Shown in pieces: positions 9,258 to 19,637 of a DNA stretch of 64,000 bases. The position numbers and the translations under genes were made by a program. The notes under the pieces are model-generated. The model worked only from the letters and a program-made list of their open reading frames with translations, searched no databases and was not told the origin of the DNA. Origin of the DNA: an uncultured virus (IMG/VR IMGVR_UViG_3300031688_000006). Taxonomy: Duplodnaviria > Heunggongvirae > Uroviricota > Caudoviricetes. Position 1 is the stretch's first letter, and each line of letters opens with the position of its first letter. The stretch lies in the IMG/VR virus record IMGVR_UViG_3300031688_000006. One strand, written 5' to 3'.

Positions 9258-11913
9258 AACAGTAGACAACTTCGCAACAATTGAAGACTTTAGAACCACC
9301 TACAACGAACTCGCATTTGATGTGGGTGATGTTTCTGGTCTAAGGGATGGATTAAAGACTGGAAACAACGGAACAATAGTTGATGCTGTCAATGTCTTAG
9401 AAGACAAACAGTTCTTCTTCCAAGAGTTCGTATTTGTTGCAACAAACAATCAGGTCGAATTTACAGGAATAGATAGTTTCTCGAATGACTTAATCTTTGT
9501 AAAAGATAAGATTCAAGTATTCAAGAATGAAAGACATTTGATAGAAGATGTAGATTTCATCATTTCTAGTCCTACAGGAACTGGTGCTCACAAGGGTGTA
9601 ACACTAACAGGTACTTATGCATCTGGTCAAGCCAATGCAATGTCCGCTAACGATAGACTACACACATATTCATACACTGGTGCATTCGTAGGAACAAACA
9701 TTGCAAATGCTGTCGCCTCTTTCTTTCAGAAGACAGTTGAAGAGACAATTTATAACTCTAACTCGAATGGTGTAATTCTAAATGGTGACAGTTCATCACC
9801 TACAACTTTACTAGAATCTGGTTATACAATACAACTTGCCGGTAAAACTTTCGCAGAAGAAGATATATTACTCACAACAGGTAAGACACTAACTGCTCCC
9901 ACTATCACTGATTCTACAATGAGTATCAATAGTGGTTCTATAACAGGCGCAGTCAACGGAACATTCTCAGGATTCTTAGACATCGAAGGTAACATCGATG
10001 TAAATGGTATAACTAATTTAGATGTTGTAGACATTGATGGTGCAGTAGATATGGCATCATCACTAGCAGTTGCCGGCAATACAGACTTAAATGCAAATCT
10101 TACAGTAGACGGAAACACAACATTAGGTAACGCCGCTACTGATAATATAACATTCACAGGTAAAGCTGCTTCTAATTTAAGACCAAATGCTAATAACACA
10201 TATTCATTGGGTCTATCAACAGCAAGATGGTCAAATGTATATTCACAACTTGCAGATGTTACTGGAATTGCAACAGTAGGAACTCTAACAGACGGAACAT
10301 TAAGTATCACTGGCGGAGACATTACAGGTGTCGATGATATAACAGGTGCTGTAAACTCAGTATTCAAATCAGATATCAATAAAGTTAATGAAGTCAAAGA
10401 TTTTGATGGTACTCACACAATATTAAGAACAACAACCGACTCTCACGGTGTTGCTAATCGTGGTCATTTAGTTGGAACAGTTGACACTTTAAGTAATCAT
10501 ACAACAGCAGGTTTAGCAGAAGATGCAAGTGCAACAGTATCAAGTAAAACAATGTATTTTACCGATGCAAGAGTTCTAACAAAAATAAATTCTACGAATA
10601 TCGATGCATTGAGTAACGTAACCAACTCATCGCTTGCAAATGATGACGTTTTACTGTATAATGGTAGTGCATGGGCAAATACAAACATGCAAGAAAGAGT
10701 TGAAGATATCGCTGGTGCAATGTTCACTGGTAATACTGAAACAGGTCTCTCAGTCACATACAACGATGCTTCGGGTAAAACAAATCTAGTAGTTGCAGAT
10801 TCAGACTTTGCGATAACTGGTGCAGTCACAGGTACTGTAACTCAGACTGCAAAGGGTAATGTAACGATTGATACTGCATTAACACCAATCAATCTTTCGA
10901 CACTAACAGATGCAACTGTAACAAGTCCTGCGACTGACCATATTCTAGTCTATACTTCTAGTAACAAATTTGAAAATACACCTCTCGCAGAGAAAGTAGA
11001 AGATGTAGTTGGTGCAATGTTTACTGGTAATACTGAAACAGGTCTTAGTGTTGTATACGATGACAGTTCAAACGACATCAATGTTGTTGTAGATAATTCA
11101 AACTTCGCCTTAACAGGCAAAGTATCAGGTACTGCTACTCAGACTGCAAAAGGTAATGTATCTATTGCAACGACAGTCAATCTTGCATTATCAGACCTTC
11201 CTTCAATCTCTTTAACTAATTTAGCAGATGCAACTATAACATCTGCCGCTTCTGACCACATCTTAGTACATGATGGCAGTGATTTTAAAAACATTGATAT
11301 TAAAGAGAAGGTACAAGACATTGCTGGTGCAATGTTCACATCAACAAATACCGAAACAGGTCTTACTGTTACTTATCAAGATGGTACAAACGACATAGAT
11401 GTTGTTGTAGATAATTCAAACTTCGCCTTAACAGGTAAAGTTACTGGTACTGCAACTCAGACTGCAAAGGGTAATGTATCCATTGCAACATCAGTTAATC
11501 TTGCATTAGCAGACCTTCCTGCAATAACTTTAGAAAACTTAAGTAATGTTAATACTGGCGCAGGCGTTGGCCAAGTATTAGGATACAATGGGTCCTCATG
11601 GGGTCCTATTAATCAGAGTACAACTACAGATTCCACTACTGAGGGAACGAATAAATACTTTACAGATGGAAGAGTCAATGATGTCATTATTGCTGGTACA
11701 GGTCTTGCAAAGTCCTATAATGCCAACGCAGATGGCGGTACCGATACTTCTATAGATGGCAGAGTGACCATGTCAGTAAATACTAGTAATGGTGTTAAAA
11801 TAGATGGTGATGATGTCGAATTAGATTACAGTGTGATAACAGACTCGGATTTATCTGGTGGTCTACCAAGTGGCTCAGGTAAATCTGTTGGTCATTTGTT
11901 CTTTTTAGTATAG
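9250..11913 (+). CDS. Tail fibre / virion fibre protein 1
   Basis: Gly/Thr/Asn-rich beta repeats; three copies of the VEDxxGAMFTGNTETGLxVxY...TQTAKGNV module; ends in GGLPSGSGKSVGHLFFLV. Confidence 0.7.
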   Translation: MAKTVDNFATIEDFRTTYNELAFDVGDVSGLRDGLKTGNNGTIVDAVNVLEDKQFFFQEFVFVATNNQVEFTGIDSFSNDLIFVKDKIQVFKNERHLIEDVDFIISSPTGTGAHKGVTLTGTYASGQANAMSANDRLHTYSYTGAFVGTNIANAVASFFQKTVEETIYNSNSNGVILNGDSSSPTTLLESGYTIQLAGKTFAEEDILLTTGKTLTAPTITDSTMSINSGSITGAVNGTFSGFLDIEGNIDVNGITNLDVVDIDGAVDMASSLAVAGNTDLNANLTVDGNTTLGNAATDNITFTGKAASNLRPNANNTYSLGLSTARWSNVYSQLADVTGIATVGTLTDGTLSITGGDITGVDDITGAVNSVFKSDINKVNEVKDFDGTHTILRTTTDSHGVANRGHLVGTVDTLSNHTTAGLAEDASATVSSKTMYFTDARVLTKINSTNIDALSNVTNSSLANDDVLLYNGSAWANTNMQERVEDIAGAMFTGNTETGLSVTYNDASGKTNLVVADSDFAITGAVTGTVTQTAKGNVTIDTALTPINLSTLTDATVTSPATDHILVYTSSNKFENTPLAEKVEDVVGAMFTGNTETGLSVVYDDSSNDINVVVDNSNFALTGKVSGTATQTAKGNVSIATTVNLALSDLPSISLTNLADATITSAASDHILVHDGSDFKNIDIKEKVQDIAGAMFTSTNTETGLTVTYQDGTNDIDVVVDNSNFALTGKVTGTATQTAKGNVSIATSVNLALADLPAITLENLSNVNTGAGVGQVLGYNGSSWGPINQSTTTDSTTEGTNKYFTDGRVNDVIIAGTGLAKSYNANADGGTDTSIDGRVTMSVNTSNGVKIDGDDVELDYSVITDSDLSGGLPSGSGKSVGHLFFLV

Positions 11914-11923
11914 TGAAACAATT

Positions 11924-13561
11924 ATGTCAGATGATATTTTTATAAAACAGGACCAAGTTATAGGGCAACAACCCTTTATTAGTCAGACTGCGGTCAGTGG
12001 ACAAGCATATACAACATCACAAAGAGTCTATCAAGTTCCATCGATTGGACAGACTCCGTTTACATATGTAAATCGTACTCCTACTATAACACAAACGGCT
12101 TTAAATGTTCAGAATCCTTCAACTTATCAACATAGAAGTCCATTAACTTATCAACATAGAAGTCCGTCAACTTACAATCATAGAAGTCCTTTTACATATA
12201 ATCATAGGTCTCCGTTTACATATAACGCAAGACAACCGGCCAGCTATCAACATCAATCGCCTTCGACTTATCAGGTTAGTTATTCAAGACGAGAATCGTC
12301 TAACTATGACCATAGAAGTCCGTTTATAACGCAGGTTTCTAGAAGCGCACAAGAACCTAATATTACTCAGACTAGAACTCCGTTGATTTATCAACATCAA
12401 AGTACGTTTACCTATGACCATAGAAGTCCGTTGACATATGACCATAGGTCACCTGTTATTAGTCAGTCTACTTACAACCATAGAGAACCTATAATTTATC
12501 AAAGTAGAACCTCCGTGCAGAGTTCGTTTACTTATCAACATAGAAGTCCGTTTACTTACGACCATAGAGAACCAAGTACATATAATCATAGGTCATCTTT
12601 TCAGAGTCCGTTGATTTATCAACATCAAAGTCCTGCGACATATAATCATAGGTCATCTTTTCAAAGTCCGTTTACTTACGACCATAGAAGTCCGTTGACA
12701 TATGACCATAGGTCTCCGTTTATTTACCAAAACACTGCAAGTAAACAGACTACCGTTACTTACAACCATAGGTCGCCGTTGACATATGACCACAGGTCGC
12801 CGTTGACATATGACCATAGGTCACCATTTACATATGACCACAGAAGTCCTTTGACATATGACCATAGAAGTCCGTTGACATATAACCATAGGTCACCATT
12901 TACATATAGTAGAAGAACTCCTTTCATCTTTGATGGTGTAGATGGAGATGACGCTGGAGATAATTCAACAACTTGGGGTCCAGGCGATAGTAGTGCAATT
13001 GCATATGTTTCTGCTTCAGATGTAACTAGTAATCGTCTTTGGGATTCTACAGTAAATTCCAGTTCCGCATCTGGTGCTCACAATGCAAATTGCCAAATGA
13101 TTTTTAATTATCAAACAACTGGTTCAAACGCTAACACCCTTAGGGCCCGATGGCACATGGACAAATCAGCTCAAAGTACACAAATATCAAGATATGAAGA
13201 CTTTATTCAAAGTCATAGTCCAAGTGGTATCGATAGTTCTTGGTCATGGGATGTTAAATGGGAAACTACAACTGCGAGTCCAGGGTATTTCACCTCGAAT
13301 AACAACGGTATTGGAACCGGACCAAGTCTTGCTGAAGATACTTATCATAATGTATGGAATGGAACCACTGCTACTCAAAGACTATTCAAGTGGGAAGGTA
13401 GTACTTCTAACCAATCCGAGGCAGAAGTTAATCTTATCTCAGCTAATGTGAAATTCACTGTAAGAATATCGAAATCTGGAGAAACTTCTTTGTTTACATC
13501 GACTACAGCGCAATCGGTGTCAGTCTTCGTACTTAATACTGGCGGCGGAGGAGGTCCATAA
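11924..13561 (+). CDS. Mirror-pair 1 strand A: RSPxTYxH repeat protein with ~200-aa C-terminal globular domain
   Basis: aa 15-330 Pro-anchored 8/12-aa repeats; Trp/Ser/Thr-rich C-terminal domain ending TGGGGGP. Confidence 0.85.
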   Translation: MSDDIFIKQDQVIGQQPFISQTAVSGQAYTTSQRVYQVPSIGQTPFTYVNRTPTITQTALNVQNPSTYQHRSPLTYQHRSPSTYNHRSPFTYNHRSPFTYNARQPASYQHQSPSTYQVSYSRRESSNYDHRSPFITQVSRSAQEPNITQTRTPLIYQHQSTFTYDHRSPLTYDHRSPVISQSTYNHREPIIYQSRTSVQSSFTYQHRSPFTYDHREPSTYNHRSSFQSPLIYQHQSPATYNHRSSFQSPFTYDHRSPLTYDHRSPFIYQNTASKQTTVTYNHRSPLTYDHRSPLTYDHRSPFTYDHRSPLTYDHRSPLTYNHRSPFTYSRRTPFIFDGVDGDDAGDNSTTWGPGDSSAIAYVSASDVTSNRLWDSTVNSSSASGAHNANCQMIFNYQTTGSNANTLRARWHMDKSAQSTQISRYEDFIQSHSPSGIDSSWSWDVKWETTTASPGYFTSNNNGIGTGPSLAEDTYHNVWNGTTATQRLFKWEGSTSNQSEAEVNLISANVKFTVRISKSGETSLFTSTTAQSVSVFVLNTGGGGGP

Positions 13562-14673
13562 TGGCAACAGGACAACAACCACTAATATCGCAGGCACAAC
13601 AACCGGTAATTAGAAACCAACAAGAACCTAATATTAGAAACCAACAAGAACCTAATATCAGAAGTCAGCAAGAGCCCAATATTAGAAGTCAACAAGAGCC
13701 CAATATTAGAGTTCAGCAAGAGCCTAATATTAGAAATACTCAACAGCCTTCGATATATCAGAATTCTGTAAATTCTCAACAACCTAATATTAGAAATCAG
13801 CAAGAACCTAATATCAGAGTTGGTCAGGAAACTAATCAACAACCTAATATTAGAAATCAGCAAGAACCTAATATTCGTTCAAAACAAGTAACAGCACAAC
13901 AACCTACTATTAAGAATGCACAAAGTCCTTATATTAGAAATGCCCAAGACCCAAGCATAAGAACTGGTCAGGCGACAGTACAACAACCTAGTATTGCGAA
14001 TCTACAGTCTCCTTTAATTGCAAGAGCATCAATAGCCTCGCAAGAACCTAACATTAGAAGTCAACAAGAACCTAATATTAGAGTAAGTCGAGAACCAAAT
14101 ATTGCAAGTAGTCAGCAACCTAGTATTACTCAGACTAGAAGTCCCTTTATCTATAGGCACCCAATTAACGCTCAAGAACCTAACACTAGAGTACACCAGT
14201 CACCGGTGATTTCACAGGCGATTGCGAATAATCAACAACCTAATATTAGGGATGCTCAGACACCTTATATTGCTACTGGTCAAGAACCTAACATTAGAAA
14301 TCAACAAGAACCCAACATTAGAAATAATCAAGAACCTAACATTAGAAATCAACAAGAACCTAATATTAGAAGTAAACGAAGTCCTTCTATTGCACAACAA
14401 CCTACTATAAGTCAGCAACCTTATATTGCTAATGCACAACAAACTTATCAATTTACAACTGCGGTGCAACAAACTTACTTCCATAGGTCTCCGTTCATTT
14501 ACCAATCGAATACTAACAGTAATAGACCAATAGGTCCAGTTGCAAAAGTTAAAGGAGTATTCATAAAAGATGCTGATGGTACCGTAAAACCATCAACAAA
14601 AGTATTCGTTAAGAAAGACAGTTCAACAGTTGAGAAAATACATCAAGTACCTGCAACAGACTTTAACAAATAG
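13561..14673 (+). CDS. Mirror-pair 1 strand B: QEPNIRxQ repeat protein with C-terminal beta adaptor
   Basis: aa 5-320 repeats; TAATG overlap with previous gene; C-terminal KVKGVFIKDADGTVK..KVFVKKD. Confidence 0.85.
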   Translation: MATGQQPLISQAQQPVIRNQQEPNIRNQQEPNIRSQQEPNIRSQQEPNIRVQQEPNIRNTQQPSIYQNSVNSQQPNIRNQQEPNIRVGQETNQQPNIRNQQEPNIRSKQVTAQQPTIKNAQSPYIRNAQDPSIRTGQATVQQPSIANLQSPLIARASIASQEPNIRSQQEPNIRVSREPNIASSQQPSITQTRSPFIYRHPINAQEPNTRVHQSPVISQAIANNQQPNIRDAQTPYIATGQEPNIRNQQEPNIRNNQEPNIRNQQEPNIRSKRSPSIAQQPTISQQPYIANAQQTYQFTTAVQQTYFHRSPFIYQSNTNSNRPIGPVAKVKGVFIKDADGTVKPSTKVFVKKDSSTVEKIHQVPATDFNK

Positions 14674-14690
14674 GATGACTAAATAGTAAT

Positions 14691-15023
14691 ATGGCTATAC
14701 TCGCAAATTTATTCATTGACCAAGGAACAGACTTCACTATTGTAGTCGATGTTTCAGATGCAACAGGAGAGATTTTAAATCTTTCAGGTTATGTTTCTGC
14801 TGGTCAAATTAGAAAGACTTACGGTTCTTCAACCGTTTCAGCGACATTCACTACTACCAATGCAAACGCTACAGGTAAAGTAACCATGTCTTTGACTGAT
14901 ACTCAAACTTCAGCATTAGAATCTGGAAGATATGTTTATGATATGAACATAACCAGTGCTAGTGGTGTAACTACAAGAGTTGTCGAGGGCCAAGCAATCA
15001 TAACACCAGGAGTGACAAGATAA
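14691..15023 (+). CDS. Conserved virion-associated protein (BppU N-terminal-like Ig fold)
   Basis: NLFIDQGTDF, GQIRK, GRYVYD, RVVEG motifs; late-promoter-like ACTAAATA at 14678. Confidence 0.6.
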   Translation: MAILANLFIDQGTDFTIVVDVSDATGEILNLSGYVSAGQIRKTYGSSTVSATFTTTNANATGKVTMSLTDTQTSALESGRYVYDMNITSASGVTTRVVEGQAIITPGVTR

Positions 15024-15262
15024 TGGCAATCAAGGGAGTCGTATCTAGAGTCGCAACTATAGGTGGTGTATTGTCCAATACAACAAATTTAAGAGCAAAA
15101 CAGGTGACTGTTGGTGCTCAAGGTAACAATGACATTTCTGCCAAGTCAATCAATGAACTATCAGATGTAAATGCAACCGAAACTGATAATGGTCTTCTCT
15201 CATATGACCTATCGTCAGATAAGTGGACAACTACTACTACTATAGACGGCGGAACATTTTAG
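15023..15262 (+). CDS. Small fibre-associated protein ending IDGGTF
   Basis: LSDVN...GLLSYD...KW repeat typical of fibres; C-terminal IDGGTF. Confidence 0.65.
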   Translation: MAIKGVVSRVATIGGVLSNTTNLRAKQVTVGAQGNNDISAKSINELSDVNATETDNGLLSYDLSSDKWTTTTTIDGGTF

Positions 15263-15289
15263 TTTACTAAATAATAGTAACAAATCAAG

Positions 15290-15372
15290 GATACCGACCA
15301 GTGAAGGTATCGACCCACATTGTGAGTGGACTGAATTTATATTATGTAATCACGACTCAGGAGTGCTGAGTC
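15290..15372 (+). other. Three-hairpin structured leader (candidate cis-regulatory RNA)
   Basis: GATACC/GGTATC, CCAC/GTGG and GACTCAG/CTGAGTC stems downstream of ACTAAATA (15266). Confidence 0.45.
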
Positions 15373-15407
15373 AAAACAATTAATTTAATTTTTATAGGAA
15401 AATAAAA

Positions 15408-17135
15408 ATGGCAACAGTAATTCAAATCAAAAGAAGTACAGGTTCCGCGGCTCCTTCAACTAGTAATCTAAGTGAAGGTGAAATGGCGTATGTACAAGAT
15501 AGAAGTAATTCTGGCGCATCTGCTAAACTATTCATCGAGTCAGTCGATGCCAGTAATAATGCAGCTATCCACTCAGTGGGTGGTAAGTATTATACTGATA
15601 TCGTTGACGGAACTTCAGCAACACCTGCTAACTTAAAAGTTGGTAATGGTTCTACTGCTGGTGCAACTTTACAAATCATGGAAGACTCCGATAACGGAAC
15701 AAACTTCGTTGGTCTTAAAGCTGCAGATGCTCTTGGAGCATCAGTAACTTTCACACTACCTAGTGCTGATGGTTCAAATGGACAAGTTATAGGAACAGAT
15801 GGTTCAGGAAGTCTTTCTTTCGTATCAACAACTTCAACCCTTGCTGGTGGTAGTGATGTAAGCATCACATCTGCTGCTGATGGAGCGATGTTATTATATG
15901 ATACAGGAACATCAAAATGGATCGATAATGTAATGTCTGGAGACGCCACTATGGCTGACACAGGTGTTCTAACTATTGGATCCCAAAAAGTCCTCAACTC
16001 TATGTTGGCTGACGATGCAGTTGGAGCTGATGAATTAGCTTCTAACGCAGTCGTAACGGCATCTATCGTTGACGCAAACGTAACAACTGCAAAAATCGCT
16101 GACGATGCTGTAGATGCTGATAAATTAGCATCAAGTGCCGTAGTATTCGCTTCATTAGCGGGTGCATTGGTTCAGGCATCTGGTGAAGCTTTCGCAGATA
16201 ACGACACAACTTTAATGACTTCAGCTGCTATTCAGGACAAAATCCAAGCATTAGCAACTACAGAAGACTTAGACCTTGCAGGTGATAGTGGAACTGGTGC
16301 AGTCGATTTAGACTCTCAGTCACTAACAGTCTCTGGTACAGCAAACGAAGTTGAAACAAGTGTTAGTGGAACGACTATAACAGTCGGTTTACCAAACAAT
16401 GTAACAGTCGCTAACAACTTAACAGTTTCAGGAAACTTAATATCAGACGATATTACAACTGCAACTTTAACAACATCTGGTAACTTAACAGTCACAGGAA
16501 ACTTGGCAGTTAATGGTACTACAACAACAGTAAACTCTTCAACAGTAAATATCGCAGACCCAGTTTTCGAAATTGGTTCAGATAGTTCAGACGATAACCT
16601 AGACAGAGGTATCAAATTTAAGTACAACTCCGGTGGTGCTAAGATTGGTTTCTTTGGTATGGATGATACAGATGGTTCTTTTGTTGCTCTAGAAAGTGCA
16701 ACAGATAGTTCATCTACATTCTCTGGTACTGCAATGGCTGGTAAATTCGGAAACTTAACTATTGCTAACGCAACAATGAGTGGAAGTATTAACAGTTATG
16801 CAGGTACTGCTCCTACAGATGGTCAAATCCTAATTGGTGACACATCTTCAGGTTTAATGGACAAAGCTACTCTTACTGCTGGTGACGGAATCGATATCAC
16901 TAATGGTGCAGGTTCTATATCAATCAGTGCTGAACAGTCAACTGCATCTAATTTAGGTGTTGTTATTGTCGCTGCTGGTGAAGGTATGGACGTTGCTTAT
17001 AGTGGTGGAACTGCTACGATTACTGGAGAAGATGCAACAGTATCTAACAAAGGTATCGCTAGTTTTGCTACAGCAAACTTTACTGTAACAAGTGGTGCAG
17101 TGGCTATCACTGCTATTGACGGTGGAACATTCTAA
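15408..17135 (+). CDS. Tail fibre-like protein (IQIKRS N-terminus, IDGGTF C-terminus)
   Basis: MATVIQIKRSTG..AP...L.EGE N-terminal domain; ADDAV.ADEL repeats; LTVTGNL.VNGTTTTVNS fibre motif. Confidence 0.7.
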   Translation: MATVIQIKRSTGSAAPSTSNLSEGEMAYVQDRSNSGASAKLFIESVDASNNAAIHSVGGKYYTDIVDGTSATPANLKVGNGSTAGATLQIMEDSDNGTNFVGLKAADALGASVTFTLPSADGSNGQVIGTDGSGSLSFVSTTSTLAGGSDVSITSAADGAMLLYDTGTSKWIDNVMSGDATMADTGVLTIGSQKVLNSMLADDAVGADELASNAVVTASIVDANVTTAKIADDAVDADKLASSAVVFASLAGALVQASGEAFADNDTTLMTSAAIQDKIQALATTEDLDLAGDSGTGAVDLDSQSLTVSGTANEVETSVSGTTITVGLPNNVTVANNLTVSGNLISDDITTATLTTSGNLTVTGNLAVNGTTTTVNSSTVNIADPVFEIGSDSSDDNLDRGIKFKYNSGGAKIGFFGMDDTDGSFVALESATDSSSTFSGTAMAGKFGNLTIANATMSGSINSYAGTAPTDGQILIGDTSSGLMDKATLTAGDGIDITNGAGSISISAEQSTASNLGVVIVAAGEGMDVAYSGGTATITGEDATVSNKGIASFATANFTVTSGAVAITAIDGGTF

Positions 17136-17176
17136 GGAAACTGAGAATATTTTAATTTAATCAATAGGAGATAGAC

Positions 17177-18001
17177 ATGGCAACAGTTATACAGTTTAAA
17201 AGAAGTTCTACTCAGAACGCAGTTCCGACTACAGGCAATTTAGCCTTAGGGGAACTGGCTGTCAATACTTATCACGGTAGATTTTATACCGAGAAGAATG
17301 ATGGTTCCGCTGCTGTTGTAGAGATTGGGTCTAACCCAAAAACTCTACAAATTAATGACGCTATAACATTTCCAACCAGTGATGGTTCAAATGGACAAGT
17401 TCTTACAACCAATGGTTCAGGAACAGTTTCATTTGAAACCTTAGGTGGTTCAGGTGTTTCAATTTACAAATACACCGTTTCGGGTAACCAAACTGTATTT
17501 ACAGGTAACGATGATGACAGTAATGCATTATCTTACACTGTAGGTTCAGAACAGGTATTCTTAAATGGTGTTAAGTTGATTGATGGTGGTGCAGATTATA
17601 CTGCAACAAACACAACGACTATTACGCTGGCGGAAACTGCAATTGCAGGTGATACAGTAGAAGTAGTAGCAGTCACGGCTGCTAATTTAGTACAAGGATT
17701 CTATACAAATAGTGTCTTTAGTGCAACTACTGCTAACCAAGTATTATCAAGTAATGCAGTTACGAATAAGGGTATTAAATATGTAATTACTGCCACTCAT
17801 GCGAGTGCAGGAACACATTCAGCCGAAGTATTATTAATCAATGATGGATCCAGTGCATATTTCGTCCAATATGGCGATATATTCAGTGCTGCTTCATTAT
17901 TTTCGTTGACTGCTGATGTTAATTCAGGAAACATGAGACTCTTATGTACACCTGCTAACACCAACACAACGGTTAATACTTTCCAAATAAGACAATCATA
18001 G
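17177..18001 (+). CDS. Fibre-associated protein
   Basis: MATVIQFKRS...L..GELAVN N-terminus; FPTSDGSNGQVL; shared C-terminal KY...H..E.L..HDG...QYG domain. Confidence 0.65.
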   Translation: MATVIQFKRSSTQNAVPTTGNLALGELAVNTYHGRFYTEKNDGSAAVVEIGSNPKTLQINDAITFPTSDGSNGQVLTTNGSGTVSFETLGGSGVSIYKYTVSGNQTVFTGNDDDSNALSYTVGSEQVFLNGVKLIDGGADYTATNTTTITLAETAIAGDTVEVVAVTAANLVQGFYTNSVFSATTANQVLSSNAVTNKGIKYVITATHASAGTHSAEVLLINDGSSAYFVQYGDIFSAASLFSLTADVNSGNMRLLCTPANTNTTVNTFQIRQS

Positions 18002-18012
18002 GGGGATAGAAA

Positions 18013-18423
18013 ATGGCTATAACAAGAAGTTTTAAACTTGCTGAATTTATTCGTCACATGTCTTATAACTCTAGTACAGATAGGATAGAAACAGTAAAAG
18101 AAATACAAGATGAGAATACATCAACGGGCGGAGTCACTAAGACTGCAACTACTGAATTTTCACTTGACAATTTTACTCATGCTACCTATAGAGCTGCGAG
18201 ATATATCGTGGCTATGTCAGAGGGAAGTAATTTCCATTCAACGGAGATAATGTTGGTACATGATGGTTCCACTGTTACTTTAACACAATACGGAACACTG
18301 AAAGATACTAACTTAGCGACATTTGATGCAGACATTAGTGGCACAACTGTTAGACTATTATGCACACCTGCGAGTACAAACTCAACGGTCATAAAGTTCA
18401 ACAGAACTACAGTAGAAGCTTAA
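18013..18423 (+). CDS. Fibre-associated protein, paralogue of the C-terminal domain of 17177 and 18501
   Basis: YRAARY...HSTEIMLVHDG...QYG...DISG..VRLLCTPA. Confidence 0.65.
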   Translation: MAITRSFKLAEFIRHMSYNSSTDRIETVKEIQDENTSTGGVTKTATTEFSLDNFTHATYRAARYIVAMSEGSNFHSTEIMLVHDGSTVTLTQYGTLKDTNLATFDADISGTTVRLLCTPASTNSTVIKFNRTTVEA

Positions 18424-18442
18424 ATACAGTAATTTATTATGT

Positions 18443-18468
18443 AAAGGGGACTTTTAGTCCCCTTTTTT
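18443..18468 (+). terminator. Intrinsic terminator
   Basis: AAAGGGGAC-TTTTA-GTCCCCTTT plus T-tract. Confidence 0.85.
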
Positions 18469-18500
18469 GAGCTCAATATAAAAATAACATAAATAACACC

Positions 18501-19319
18501 ATGGCATCAAAAGTAAAATTTTTCGCAGATTTAGGTGTTCAGTCGAAACTAAACACCCAAGTAGATGGCGACCTCACTGTTGCAGGTAACTTGACTGTTA
18601 CCGGAAATTCACTAACCGTTAATTCGACCACAACTTCTGTTGGCGATTCTATGTTCGAATTCGCAAATCAGAATACTGAAGCAGATTTAATCGATATTGG
18701 TTTCTACGGAAACTATAACGATGGTTTATCAGATGGTGGTGCATCTGAATACACAGGTCTATTCAGAGATGCATCGGATTCTACATGGACATTATTTGAT
18801 GGTTTAGAAGTAGAACCAGGGACTACAGTTAATACTAGTGGTTCGGGTTACGCACTTGCTGATTTAAAACTTGGAGATTTGACATCTTCAACATTGACGG
18901 CAGCTGGGTTACTATATCCTACTTCAGATGGTTCTAACAATCAAGTCTTAATGACTAATGGTTCAGGACAATTATCGTTTCAAGATGCTGGGTCAGGATT
19001 GACAGCAGGTACAGTCACAACAACTTCTACCACTATCACGAATTTAGACACGATGGCAATTGCAAGTTATAGGGGTGCAAAGTACACTGTAACAGTCTCA
19101 GACGCTACAGGAGGCGATTACGAGATAACAGAGATACATGTGATACATGACGGCACTAATGCGAGTATAACGCAGTTTGGTACAGTATTACAGGGTACTT
19201 CTAGTGAGTTGGGAACATTCTCAGTAGATATTGATTCAGGAAATCTAAGATTAAGAGTTACATCCTCCTCTTCTAATTCAACTGTATACAACTTCAAGAG
19301 AATCGACCACTCAACATAA
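18501..19319 (+). CDS. Fibre-associated protein
   Basis: GNLTVTG fibre motif, YTGLFRDASD, same C-terminal domain as 17177 and 18013. Confidence 0.65.
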   Translation: MASKVKFFADLGVQSKLNTQVDGDLTVAGNLTVTGNSLTVNSTTTSVGDSMFEFANQNTEADLIDIGFYGNYNDGLSDGGASEYTGLFRDASDSTWTLFDGLEVEPGTTVNTSGSGYALADLKLGDLTSSTLTAAGLLYPTSDGSNNQVLMTNGSGQLSFQDAGSGLTAGTVTTTSTTITNLDTMAIASYRGAKYTVTVSDATGGDYEITEIHVIHDGTNASITQFGTVLQGTSSELGTFSVDIDSGNLRLRVTSSSSNSTVYNFKRIDHST

Positions 19320-19369
19320 AAAAAGTCATTATTTTTTATAGTAAGTAATGGTTTAGAACATCACCAATC

Positions 19370-19377
19370 TATAAATA
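19370..19377 (+). promoter_or_regulatory. Late promoter TATAAATA
   Basis: Exact consensus upstream of the 19419 operon. Confidence 0.75.
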
Positions 19378-19418
19378 ATAGTATTAATTACTAACACTTT
19401 TACAAAAGGACACAAAGA

Positions 19419-19637
19419 ATGGCAACAACACAAACATTTGTAATCGAGTATGGGTTATCAGTTGGGTCATCAGAAGTTATCAATTCGAGTGGAAAAATCG
19501 CCGCAGGCGCTATGACCAACATTGATACCGATGATATCGCTGAGGGTTCATCTTCACTTTACTTTACTTCAGGAAGATTCAATAGTTCTTTTGATACAAG
19601 ACTATCTAATGCCACTATAGATGGAGGCACTATCTAA
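19419..19637 (+). CDS. Small fibre-associated protein ending IDGGTI
   Basis: FVIEYGLSVG N-terminus similar to the next gene; TDDIAEG..LYFT..R motif. Confidence 0.65.
   Translation: MATTQTFVIEYGLSVGSSEVINSSGKIAAGAMTNIDTDDIAEGSSSLYFTSGRFNSSFDTRLSNATIDGGTI

Noticed and set aside
15408..18001. Diversity-generating retroelement targeting the Mtd-like IQxKRS proteins
   Set aside because: No reverse transcriptase and no template/variable repeat pair differing at adenines seen in this window
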